Shown here piece after piece: positions 12,238 to 25,400 of a DNA stretch of 64,000 nt (within the stretch, counting starts at the first letter, position 1; each line of letters opens with the position of its first letter). Made by a program: the position numbers and the translations under genes. The stretch spans positions 9,427,129 to 9,491,128 of the forward strand of contig CM082576.2 in NCBI GenBank assembly GCA_040954595.2, read 5' to 3'. The stretch is from Balanoglossus misakiensis (taxonomy: Eukaryota; Animalia; Hemichordata). The notes below the pieces were generated by a model. That model was given only the letters and a program-made list of their open reading frames with translations, was not told the DNA's origin and made no database searches.

Positions 12238-15200
12238 TTAAAATTTGAATTCTTTGTACTTTTTGCTCGGCTTGGTTTCCTGACTCTGGGCTTTCCTCTT
12301 TTTCTGCGGAGAGAGAAAAATACAGGATTTATTGAGAAGATAAAGACTGAACTATTCATAAAGCTTTCCAAGGGAGACTAAGTTAATACACAGGAGAAAA
12401 GACAGAAATAAACAGCCAAAAGTTGAATGCTGTACCTTTTGTTTTGCAGCATGCTCTGCCACCATATCACTGAGATCTTCTTTTTCCAATTGTCCTTGTT
12501 GTTCTCGCACTGTTTCTTCATACCTAGGAAAGTACATAACACAGTAAAAAAATGTCAGAGACGACTCAAAAGCATTTAATATCCTGTGCAAAAATTCATG
12601 GTCACATACATGGATCCATTCTAACCAGATCATTTATAACCAGTTGATTCATCCTTTACAGTTCATTTCACCGATACGTCCCAAGAAAGGGTAAAAACTT
12701 ACTTGGCTTCTATGGCAGACGTGTCCAGATCCAGTTCACTGGGATCCAAAGCCACTGCGATACCCTGGTCAGTTGCACCGGGTTGCTGGGCTGTTTTCTT
12801 AGGCTGCATGAAGGGTAAAATCACACAGAGAAATAATTATAAATCTAACCACATCATAATATTCCACCTTTAGCAGCAATGGCTTTTACGTCATCATTAC
12901 AGAATCGGGAATGCAACAAGCAGAACACGCCTCTTCAAATTCAGAATTTCTTCGCGTCTATTTATCTTTTGTAAACAATCAAGATTTTGGTTCGACTCAC
13001 CCCTGCTACTTCGTAGGTGTACGTAGAACCCATCATGGCAGCCCCAACAGCGGCCTTCTTCTCTGGCAGTATGGTGTACAACTGCGGCGTTTCTCCGCCT
13101 TGCTCCATGGCGTCCTCGATCTTCTTCTTTCTCAGTTCGATCATTTCCGGCGTCTCCATACCCGCTGGCACTGAAGTGATCCCGCTGGGCGTGATCAGAC
13201 CTCTGAAATACAATCACGATTTCATCCCGTTTAATTATTTTCAAATTCTGTTACACACACAAACACAATGATGAATTGAAATACCCCTCTGCTCATCACC
13301 AGATTCAAACACTGAAATAGTATGAAGTAGCTCAGCTTCTTTCTGCTCCTCATACAATGTACATATTTAGCCACAACTGAAGATTATTATCACTTCAGGG
13401 ATTGGCATGACCATGTATATGCAACCAGAAGAGGTAAACTGGTCACAAACATGCAAGTCAACCGACTGCTGGGTCAACTCACCCCTCAGCGGGCGTAATC
13501 AAGCCAGTTTCATCCGGTTTCTCCTCATCTGATGATTCTTCCTCTTCCTCCTCCTCTTCCTCTTCTGATTCACTCTCCAATTCTCCCCACAATGACCTGT
13601 CTATCTCCTCCTCCTCTTGTGGAGTCTGCAGAACAACATGAGTTTTGAGCATCTCATTTTAAAACATCCTAGAAGCATATCTTCCACGCAAATAAGACAC
13701 AGATAGCTACATTCTTTCTCATGAAAACTATGGGGGTGGGGGGAGGGGAATTTGCATCGGGTAACAGTATATCGGACAGTCCAGCTGATGGATTCCAACA
13801 GAAATGTGATTCACTGATAGTCGAGGCTTGACCGAAAGATAAAAACCATTACTTACCGTGAAATCGGTTGCATTAGTGCCGAATACATCACCGTACAGCG
13901 GTTTTCCTGCCTCATCCACGGGGGGTTTACCCCACCCACCAGCATGGTAACCAAATGAACATGCCTGTCGAAGAGGGAAAATGACAGGAGTGAGATGTTT
14001 GTCAGAAAATCCCCATCCCTTAAACATACTAAAAGGTATTGATTTTGCTTGCCCTCTCACTTGATCTTCTCATAAGTCTGACAACAGATTTCCGAAGTAA
14101 ATTGCTCAATGACAGAAATATCCAGTTGCAAGACTACAATACCTCTGGAATGGCTGTGTTCAATCCGGGAATCTTCAGATTGGGATAGGACGGAGGGGGT
14201 CCGTACCTCTGCATGGCAATCAACCATGGTGGTGGAAACTTGTGAGCATTCTGATGGAAAAAATAAGAGTCAGACGTTTAAGTTGTGAGGTTTTTGGAAC
14301 TTTTCACAGCTTTCAATATCATGGAATACATGTAGGTAAGACTTTGTGAAATACTGAGGTCACAAAATGCCCTCTGACCGCAGTCAATATTTTCAGTGGA
14401 CCTGACACAGACTGGGCAGCTTGACCATTCTGGTAATGTATCATCTCTACAGCTGGAAAAACAAGTTTCAAAAGATATTGGGATATAATAGAAGGATAGC
14501 TGTGATATTATCAAACTTACTGGTCCTATTGGCATTCCCAGGGCTGTCCTCAGTTCATCCGAGAGTTCGCCCGGTTTCTTTTCTTTCAGCCTTGTCTCAA
14601 ACTCCTTGCCTTCGTAGTACAGATCACCGTGAATGGTCATCTTGGGTTTGGTTTGCCATCTGCAAGGGACAAGAAATCCAGGCATTTATAGAAGATGGTC
14701 TGGGGGCATGGTGTTGCAGGAGGTAGGGAATGATCAATACTGGGAGTGGGAGCTCCTCACCAGAAGATTGGGAGAAGATTAATGACTGATTTTACACACC
14801 ACTGCCTGACTAAAGCCGTTGAATGAGTGCTACAGTCTCCACTCTGCCATGCTATCTTACACACCTATGAAGGCAAATAAACAGCCTGGATCACTTACTT
14901 AAAGAAGGCATCGTGTAACTTTTGATAATCGATATCAATCTTTCCCATCTTGGGTCGTACTTTTTCTCTCATCTTGGATTTCATCGTTTTCTGCTCCTCC
15001 TGAAATGTAAGAATGGACAGCATTGGGAATGATAAACTTTTAGGTGGTCTCAGTGAAGACTCTTTAGTGGAATGACTGAAGAAACACGCCTTAACCCTCT
15101 TACTGCCATGGTTCATTCCAAATCCATTGCAAAAGCAGAGAAACATACAATGAATCATTGTAACCATGAAGACCATTTGACATACATGTAAAAACATAGA

Positions 15201-18200
15201 AACAAGTGACTTTGCATTCAATTACCTTCTCCTGTAAAGCCTCCCTCATCTCCATGATACCGGTTTTCTTGATGAATTCTGGCAGTTCAAATGGTGGCTT
15301 CTCAATACCTCTCTTGCCCTGCAGGTACTTCCTCTTGAAACACCAATGTCTGGGAACGGGGACTGTGTTTCTGGTTGCCTGTGGGGATTGAAAGAGGGGA
15401 CGTCACATTGAAAAGTCTGCTGAGTGGAGTCATCACAGATCTCACAGCGTGTATTATTCTTGATTTGCAGAAACATTTTTTTTTACATTTTGGACTGGAG
15501 ACTTTGCTATAGAGGCTGTAATCAGATACATGCATGTCATTCTTCAGTAGAATCCATCCGTATACTGTGTACTTCTACACAGACTGACCACAGCAAAGCT
15601 GACTATATTTACAACAACAAAGACAAACTTACTTTCAAATGTACAAGTAGTTTTGGATCCTGGGCTGTCACATCGTGCATCTCCACCACGTCCGGCCTGG
15701 TCACCAGCTGCTTCAACTCGGCCACGCTCAACCTGTTCAGTTTCCGAAGCTTCTTCTTGGAGATCTTTGGCCTGTCGTCATCCATGTTTTCGTCGTCCTG
15801 CGAGAATACGGGAAATCCAAGGTACAGCTATTATGCACAGTTTGCCGTGACATTGAATGCTCTCTTAGCATGCAACAACTCCCAACTAGTATACACTGTC
15901 ACTTTACCACACTCAACAGAACAATGACACTTTTGACTTACTGCATTGAACACTGAACTACCATACAAGACTGGATAACCAACTGGTATTTGTCACCGAG
16001 TACTTACAGACATGTCACTGTCACTCCTCTCCTTTTCCACCTCAGGTTTCTTCGTTGTCTTTTCTTTCAGTTCTTTCGTTTTTTCTTCTTTCTCAGGTTT
16101 GACAGTTTCCGCCAGCTGTATCCAGAGGGAAATAGTACAATGTAAGATGAGGTTGAATTGCTGAGCATAGTGGATATTTCAGTGATGACAATATGGCCAA
16201 GTTTCATGTTTTTGTCTTTGTATGGTATTTGCCCTTCACTTTAATTGGGGCCTTTTAGGTACTGTAGACCAGGAACAGTTCTCTTGGCAAATCTAAACCA
16301 TACCGTTTACGTGGAACCTGACACACGTCTACTTACCTTGAATGCTTCAAATATTTTGTGGAAATGCATGAAAGCCGGGTCTTTCAGTTCTGCAGTTAGA
16401 TCCTCCTGGACGTACTCCACCTCAACATCATCGTCATCATCATCTTCCCTCCCGGCGCCCGCCGCTTCTCGTCTTAACTGCTCCTCCCTCTGTCTTTCCT
16501 TCCTCTTCTTTTTCTTCTTCTTGCGCCGTTTGTTCTTGGACTGAAACACGCAAGTCAGAGAGTATCCTTAATATCCTTTGTAACGTGGACTTAACACTTC
16601 AAGAAAGATACAGACCCCCCCCCCCCCCATATCATGTTGTCACAGCTTTTGTGAAGGGGTCAGAGTGCAAAGGTTACAAAGTCACCCCCTCTCACCTCTT
16701 TAGATTCTGCTTCTGCCGGTGTCATCTCAACTGGCTCGTCGTCAACTGCGTCCAATTCTTCAACCTCAACATCTGGCACCACAGTTGCCTTGCGTTCCAC
16801 TTCTTGTAACACTGCGTCAAGATATTAAAGGCAAGGAAAACGATAAGAGAAGGTCCTACTTGATTTGCCTGTAAAACCCACTACACATGTACATACATGT
16901 AACACTGCATTCTCACCTTCATCCTCTGTTGTTCCAATCTGTTGTTTCCTCTCATCTTTGAATGCCAGTACTTTCTCTAGAGCCTGAGGTAATTTCACTG
17001 GTCTTTTGGGGGGCTCTTCCTCTCTGGCCGGTGGTGGAGGGGGAGGGACTCTAGGGGGAGGTCTTTCGGGTCTGATCCCCGGAGGAGGCTGTCCCATGTC
17101 TCTCATTTCTGGAGTTGGCAATAAGGGCCTGGATGGTTGCCTTTCGGGGGGTGGGGGAGGTGGGGGCGCCCGAGGTCCACCGGGTTGTTGAGGAGGTGGT
17201 GGACCAGACATTGCGGGTCCATGTGGTGGACCTGGTGGAGTTGGTAGCAGCGGCCTGCTGGGTGCGCTGGGAGTGGGCAACAGTGGCTCTGCAAAAAGAA
17301 CAGTATTACAAACATGAAAATCTGACTTTGAGTTTGATGTCCGTGTACATCAACTTAGGACTAACCGGTAAGCCTGGACAAAAATGAAAGTGTTTGATCC
17401 TGTTAAAAAGCTTGTTCATGAACCAGAAATCAGAACACATTTTCTGGCCAACAACAATTTTGTGTCTGAGCTGACTGCTCTCCACAAACTACAAACCAGG
17501 TGTAAAAAATCTGATATACCACGGGGAGAAAAGGGGATTTTATTATGTACAACAAACTGTATAATGCAGATTCTAGCTTACGTCTTGTTGGTGGGTGATG
17601 CTGTTGTTGTTGTTGGTGCTGTTTTTGCTTTTCTTGCATCATGATCATTTCCTGCTGTTGCCTGACTTTAGCATCTTCTTCTCTCTGTTTGATCAACAGA
17701 GCCATCTGTTGTTGCCGTAGCAACTCCTCCTCTTGTGCCTCTTCTTCCAGCATCTTCTGTTGTGCCATCTGTTGTTGCTGTAGAAGCTACACGTAGGACA
17801 AATGAACATCCGGTTATACAGGGAACGCCAAGCAAATTTGTCACAGAAACAGAGTGAAACTAGTGTAGTGACTTTAAGGTGGAATAATAAAGAAAGTCTG
17901 GTGTTTTTAATTAAGGGCGGTACCAAGGTAGATGCTACCTGGGTTCCCCCAGTCATTTTACCGGAGTTCCCCCCTGGGTGTATGATTTCATTCACAAATG
18001 TTCCTCAACCTCAGCAAGAATGCTGTGAAATGAAACTCATTACCTTCTGTTGCTCGGCCAGTTTCTGTTGTTCTATTAACTGCTGTTGCTGCATCACTTT
18101 CTGCCTCGTCTCTTCATCCAGCAGGGCTGCTGCAGCCTCTTGCTGTTGCCGTAGCTTCTCATCTTCGATCTGTTGCTGCTTCCTCTGGGCCAGCCTCTCT

Positions 18201-19078
18201 TTCTGCTGTTCGAGAATTCTCTTCTGCTCACTTTCAATGAGTTTCTGGGCTTCTTCTGACTGCAGGGCTTCCTCGTCATCTAGCTCCGACGGCCTGTTGG
18301 CGCTTTGCTCTTCCGCAACCTGGCTGGCATCAATGGAATGTCCTGTTTGAGGGAGAAAAATTATCAATGAGTGTAGATTCCACGCAGAAGGCTGAAGCCA
18401 TTATGAATAAGATCACTCACTCTGCCAAATGAAACAGACAAACACCAGTTCTAAACACGGTAGATTTGAGCAAAACTGATGTGATTACAATTTAATATTC
18501 TTTGAAACAAGATGGCACATTCAACCCACAAGTAAAACCTATGGTGAACATGTAATCATAACATACCATCCTGTTCTGGGAATGTTCAATTGTAATTGTG
18601 CCCGCAATGTAATGCAACATACCTGCGTCACCTTCCTCTTCCTGCTTTACATAATGTGACCGTAATCTCTCAATGAGGTCATTTTTGATACCTGTGATGG
18701 GAAGAAAATCCAACAATAGTGATGACTGGCATTTGGCTACATTGCATGTAAATGTGATATGGGTCGTCTGACATACATGTACACATGTACAAGTACTGGG
18801 AAGCCCTTAAATTAGGCTTAACTACTATTGTATCATACAGTAGCACAGTAGCACAATGCAATGCTATCGGCGGGCAATCGACCATCAAAACAATTGGCAT
18901 CGCATTTTCAATGTGCATGAGTCGACTGGAAGTGAAACAAATACCTTCATATGTTTGCCGAATACTGCCCCATTGGACCTTTTGTGCACTTACCTCCCAC
19001 TGGTAGTCCAAGAGCACTCAACTTCTCCCTAAGCTCTGCAACTTTTAGTTTCCTAAGTTCACTTATCGTCGGGATCAT
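12238..19078 (-). CDS. SF3B2: Splicing factor 3B subunit 2 (SAP145), about 19 exons
   Basis: Exon 1 (18994-19078) MIPTISELRKLKVAELREKLSALGLPVG is SAP-like. Later exons give Q/E-rich and Pro-rich regions, KMREKVRPKMGKIDIDYQKLHDAFFK, WQTKPKMTIHGDLYYEGKEFE, FGYHAGGWGKPPVDEAGKPLYGDVFG and GLITPSGITSVPAGMETPEMIELRK. The protein ends KKYKEFKF* (stop 12238-12240). Confidence 0.97.
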
Positions 19079-19436
19079 GCTTACTTTTACGGATTGTGTT
19101 TACTACGACAGCAGAACGCTTCGCTTTCCATTACCTTATTCTCTACTTCTTCCTTAGAAAATATCCCATAATTCAAAGCGTTGTTGTCTTTCTAAATACA
19201 TTAGATTTGCGCCAGGATATTATTTATCACTCATATATAACTCTGACATCCACCTCAACATAAAAAATATTATGCTGACTATGTTAATTCATTGCATTGG
19301 TCATGAATAATATAATATTAAACGTTTTCGGGTAATGTGGGACACAGTTTACTACCACTGAATGAGGTATTCAAGATGGCTGCGCACTGAGTGAACTCAA
19401 CCTCTCTTTCGATTCTCCATTCGCCGCGGGATCATA
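19079..19436. promoter_or_regulatory. Bidirectional promoter region of SF3B2 and MRPL11
   Basis: The divergent ATGs are 358 bp apart. A YY1-like CAAGATGGC lies at about 19372. Confidence 0.7.
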
Positions 19437-22400
19437 ATGTCGAAAGTCGCCAGAGCTCGAGTCGCATCAAAGATTGTGAAGGGGGCACAGCAGAAGAAAG
19501 TAATTCCGAGTAATGTTATAAAAACATACATAAAAGCAGGCCAGGCGACACCCGGTCCCCCTCTTGGGCCAGTTTTGGGACAGGTTAGTAACACATGTGC
19601 ATTGTTGAATAGATCATGTGGTGACGGCCACTTTGACCTTTACCCTTGGCTTGCCCGAGCAGTTTTCAGCATAGCGGCCAATACGCTTTAATTTTGCCAA
19701 AACAATGGAAGAACATTAACATAACAATAGCTTATCATTGCATGTATGCATGCATGACATCTGTTGATGTAGCTCTGCGTGGCAGGGCCGCCCTACTGTT
19801 GATGCACATTCCCTCTGTCATGACATGTAATAGCGGAACTGTGATTGTGGTGACCTTAAATGACATTAAACTATCACCTCAGCAATGGCAATGCTCGCGT
19901 TCCACTGTTACATGTGTACCATGGTATTTACATGTATGTATGTACGAAGTACATGTATGCGGTTCGACTGGTTTGTCTGTCTGTCTGTATGTATGTATGT
20001 ATGCGAGTATGTATGTATGTATGTATGTATGTACATGTATGTTTAATACATGTACATATACGTATGTGTGTTGTATACATGCATTTCATTGAGCAGTCAC
20101 CACCATAATACACCACCTCATCAGAGCTAGCTGCATCTCCACATATGTACATTGTACGTCATAACATATGTATCATGTACCTGGTTGTGACAGGGGGGGG
20201 GGGGGTTGCTGGGGAATTTCACTTAAATTGTGTGTTAAACCCTATCATGTGATGCATGGATACATGTATTGTAGATTGTAGGTGGACTTCGATGAATGGT
20301 TTTAAAACCACACCTCCATCAGTAGCCTATTTTCACTATTTGTAAAAAGACAACAGCAATGTTTTTATTGAGTACAAATCATGTATTCTTTACTGTCAAG
20401 TTATCTTGTACTGTTTTCTACAACAATGTGTTCATGAAAAATACATTGGCATTGTACAGTACATGTACTTGAAAAAAATATATTGTTGCTAGCTGTGTAA
20501 ATTGAGAGTATAACAGCACTGTAAATTGGCATGCACTTGTCAGGAATTACTGAGCGCCCTCTATGGCCAAATGAAGTGTTACTGAATTGTACAGAGGTGT
20601 CAATCAGGATTGTATATACAGTGTAGCACCCTCTGTGGCCACATTAGTAAAAGGTCATAAATTGCCAATGGATTTTTTCATGGCTGGAGGGTTCTTCATT
20701 TTAGTGCATATAAGTTAATGATTGATGTGAATTTTGAAAATGAGAAATGAACAGGTATAACAACAGTTTCTCATGTATCCAATTGCCATATTTGTCCAAA
20801 TATGTTACTTGTACATTGGATTTTGTAAGCCTGGACTACCACCACCTTGTAAATACATTACTTAACTGTTCTACTGCTGTTCACGAATATGAAAATGCAG
20901 AACTTGGTTAATATTTTTGAAATTTTTCACCTGATGAGGTATCCAGTTAGAAAAAAGTGCATAGTTTTTGTTAACATTAAGAGCCCTGTAACTTGGTTAT
21001 CTAATCTATATCCAGTCTTAGCTATGAATATGAAATATATTTTTATGCAAGCAGGCAAGGGAAGGCAACGTGTCAGTAATGACCGGTATATCTGTAAATG
21101 AATCTGGAAATCTCCAGACGCTTGTCAAATTGTGCAGCCCATTTTGTCGCTGTATTGTTCCATGGCATTTATATCAGTATGTGAGTTTTATGTAGTTACT
21201 GCAGTTAGTGTTTCTTGTTCAAATTCCTGAAACATGATGAATCACCCAGCATTTAGCCTATCAACACAACAGGTATAGTCAGTGTTGATATTGTGCAAAA
21301 CATGAAATCAAGTGGGGACAGTCCGCATATAAATCATTTATCAACAATAACAATGGCCATTACACATACACACTCACATACAGGGTTTGTTGACAAGCAG
21401 AGTACTGGGTATATTAGCATGCTGTATGGAGTAGAACAAGAAATTGCATTAAGCACACAGAACAAAAAAACTGAAAGTATAGCCAATAGTTACAGCTAAT
21501 GTCCCTTTAAATGCAACCTGTTACATCTTCAGGGTCACAGATTGGGTTCACCTTGCCACCATCTGTGTGTACCTCCATCTCATTGTGATTATTGTTTGTT
21601 GCGTGCATGCTCTCCCGCACGGTGCGTCGTCGCACTGCCGTGGTGGCCTGGCTCTGGAAGTAGCGCGAGGTGCGCTTTGTCCGCTTGCAGACGGGCTGGT
21701 GTTTCATCATTTCGCACTCGGAGAAGCGGTCCCCGCAGTGCTGGCACCTCTGCGGGCCCAGCTCGCTGAAGTAGACCACCAGGTAGCGGGCCCCGAGGAA
21801 GAGACCCACAAAGTTCTTCCCCAGCAGCACCACGTTGACGGCGCTCAAGTGTTGGAAGGCCAGCCAGTTGACGAGACGGATGACGATCCCGGCGAAGTTG
21901 ACCGTCAGGAAGCTGAAGAGGTGGTAGACGATGCTGTGGGGCACGGCGTGGTCCTCCCCGACGGGAACGCCGTAGCGGCAGTCGTGGAGGGCCAGAATGG
22001 GGACAGTCAGCAGGAGCAGCGAACAGTAGACGAAGACGAAGATCTCCATTCCCTTGGGTAGCTTCTGGTGCGCCGCCGCCGATTCTCCCCAGATGATGGT
22101 GAGCAGCTCCAGAATGTCGATCAGGTCGATGACCACCCCGGCCGTCTCCGAGTTCAGGCTGAGCCCTCTCTTGCAGAAGGGTTTGACGTTGTGGTGCATG
22201 CCGACCAGAACCACGTAGAGGGTGGGCACACAGGCGTACAGGGCCAAGCTCAGGCCGCCGGGCCCCAGGACGGGGTGATCCAGCGGCGTGTAGTAGTAGA
22301 TGCAGAAGAGCTTGGCTATGTGCAGCAGCATGAACAGTGCCCACGGCAGCATGGCCGTCCACAGCTCCGTTTGAACAACCTGGCGTTCGTACGGGGCTGG

Positions 22401-25400
22401 AGAGTCCAAAATCTTCGTGGCGTGCCAGGCAAAGTAGATCCACACGGCCAGGACCACAGCGTCGCCAATTATGAAATATCCGTAGTTCAAATTGTCCATC
22501 ATCAGGTATACGTCGAAGGTGGCCATCAGCACAATGACCAACACCACCGACGCGATGCAGTCAACAATTCTGAAAAGTCTTCCGTTCATCTTGACGTGCC
22601 GATGTAGCTCTCTGTCACTCAGTAGCTGTCCAATTCGTACAGATTGACCAGAACTTCTAAGGTGTTGAAGATGAGGACAAGCAACTATAGTGCCTGCAGG
22701 TGGACTGTGTCAACGACGGGCAAAGACAAAGAGCACGGAAAGAGAAAATGACCACAATGGCGGAACTGTGTAGATGATGTGAAGGTTCACGTCTTCCATA
22801 CAATAAATTACATGTGGTAATAATGATGTCATAAATCGCACCACTTCGGCTATAAAGTTTGATTAAATATCTGCAGTCCGCACTACTTATTTTCCCTACT
22901 AATGTGGATGTGGATTTTCAGTAAGAAAGATCCAAAATCAAGACTTGCAAATCTCAAAATTGTCCCCCGAGTACACTCCCACATGGGAGATAAGGAAAGT
23001 GACAATCATACTGCCACAGATTTCATACATCAACAGTTTAGATTTTGCTCTGCTGTTTGTCCTTGTGTATTTTGGTGTGTCTGGCATTTTGGGGGACAAA
23101 TTCCACAGAAAAATTACAGTGCAGACTACAGTAACATTACACAGTGACAGCCTGTTTTGCCGGCGCGGTTTACATGAAAGACAACTGGATAATGACAAAA
23201 GGGCAGACATTCATCACATTCAAGAAAGTGGGGGAAAAAATGTGTGCAGAAAAAGAGGAACAAAGTCGTGAAATGCCAAGAACCATTTATTTACATGTGT
23301 GTGTTAGTAATAGCTGATGGTGGTCTCTTCTTAAATACCAAGCACAGAATTTTCTGCTGCCTGCTTGACATGTTTGAAAATGAAGATATTAAATTATATA
23401 ATTGTCTAATTTAGACCATGATCGTCCTCAAAAAAGGGTAGAGTTTTGAAATGTCACTTACAATATATTGTTGTAGTGTGGAATCTAGTAAATATCAAAT
23501 GTTTTTTTTTGTAGAATTCCAATAAAAAAGTGTTAATGAGCCAATTAACGTTCATATGCTTATAATATCTTTTAGTATAAATCAACAAATATCTTGCAAA
23601 AATTTACCGTAAAAAACAAGAAATGAAATTGGAACAGTAACTATGGTCTTTTTGTGTAGTAGGCAATCCTAGCTGACTTGGATGCCTGATGTCATGCAAC
23701 AGGTTTGTTTAAATAAAAGTGCAACTAATATCTAGTAGCAGTACTTTATTTCACAATTGTCTTTTGACCGCAGACTCAAACTCTATATATATATATGCAC
23801 AATGGTATACATCTGAGTGCTTGGCAACAGGTTGTCAACGCGTGCAAACATATAGTACAGCCGGCCTACAGGTCATACTGTGTGACCCTGACCTATATTA
23901 TAATTATATCCTAGTATGCGTCATAGACAGAGCATGTAGCTTCAGTTATGAGCAAACATCAAATGATTGCATTTCTTTGCCTTGTTATGATGTTATTCAT
24001 GGAAGAAAGTTGTTATCAGCTGTACCTATTTGATTACAGGAAATTTAACCAAGTCATCAAAATAGTCATCATCATATAAGATGAACATTAAAATCTTCCA
24101 TATGCAGCATTACCAGTACATATACTGTTGTACCTATATATGAACTGCCATCTGTCACGTACATGTATTGTCCGTGCCAGGAGCGGTGTGCTTTATTTAG
24201 ACCTGTGTGACATTGAAAGGCCATGACCCCTCTTATTATCCTGTCTGTGAACGCTAGAGTGCACAGCTGCACAGCCCGCTTGTATGTGTCGGTCAAATGA
24301 ATAATGAATAAATCACACAAAATGCCGAGAACCATTTATCTACGCATGTGTGTTAGTGATAGCTGATGGTGGTCGCTTCTCAATTACCAAGAACAGACTT
24401 TTCTGCTGCCTGCTTGACATGACTGAAATTAGAGATAAACCATGATTGGTAAATATCAGATGTCTCTTGTAGAATTCCCGTGAAAACACCAAGTGTTAAT
24501 GAGCCAAGTAAAATTCAATACAGAGGTAGCCTTGTCTCACACACTGCCAATAGAATGAACCTTCTGCATGATGAAAGTAAATTATACATGATACCCGTTG
24601 CATTGTAACAATGTAAGGCTATAGAGATCAATGCAAAGAAAATTCCACAATATCTCCAGGTGGCTCAGTGTTTTCAAAAGAAAAAAACCCCACCCACGCT
24701 GTCTTATAACTAAAGATCCGCATCAAGTTGATTGATTGCTTTATAAAAAAATTGTATTTATAGATGCAAAGTTTGGTGAAACGCTGTCGATGTAAATAGG
24801 GGACTTGTGTGAAAAATCATTACTATATCATGATGTTTGATGTCAACTGGGACTCAACACAATACAAAAAAATTCAATATGAATGAGGAAGTCAAAGAAG
24901 GTCAGATCTTGCTATATAATATATTTATGGTCTATATACACAATAGTTACGTCTCATTGCTTGGCAACAGGTTTTTAGCGTGTGCAAACATCCAGTGCAG
25001 GTCAATATACTGTGCGACCATGACCTAAATTATACACTGGTATATGTATTAGACAGAGCATATGATATATAGCTTCAGTTTAATATCAGCAAATGTAAAA
25101 GTTAATTGCATTTTATTGGCTAGTTATGAAAGGAAGTTGCATATTTCGTGTAGTGCACAATCGAAATATACATTGTAATGTACCCGTTTTTGAAATTCCT
25201 TATAACATGTGAAAAGAAATATCGCCTAAAATATTCTATATAATCAGCTATGCATGGTGTGTGTGCTCAGAGTTGTTTGGTTGTAGTTGCTAGGTAACTT
25301 GGTATGACAGAATACAGTTCTGTAAATTTGTGAATTATTGTACTGACTGACATAGCACTTCTTTATGCGTTGTTGTCATAAAGCGGAAGCTTATGCAGGC

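Noticed and set aside
19646-20152. ORFs rich in C/M/Y/V
   Set aside because: These are translations of the (TATG)n microsatellite.
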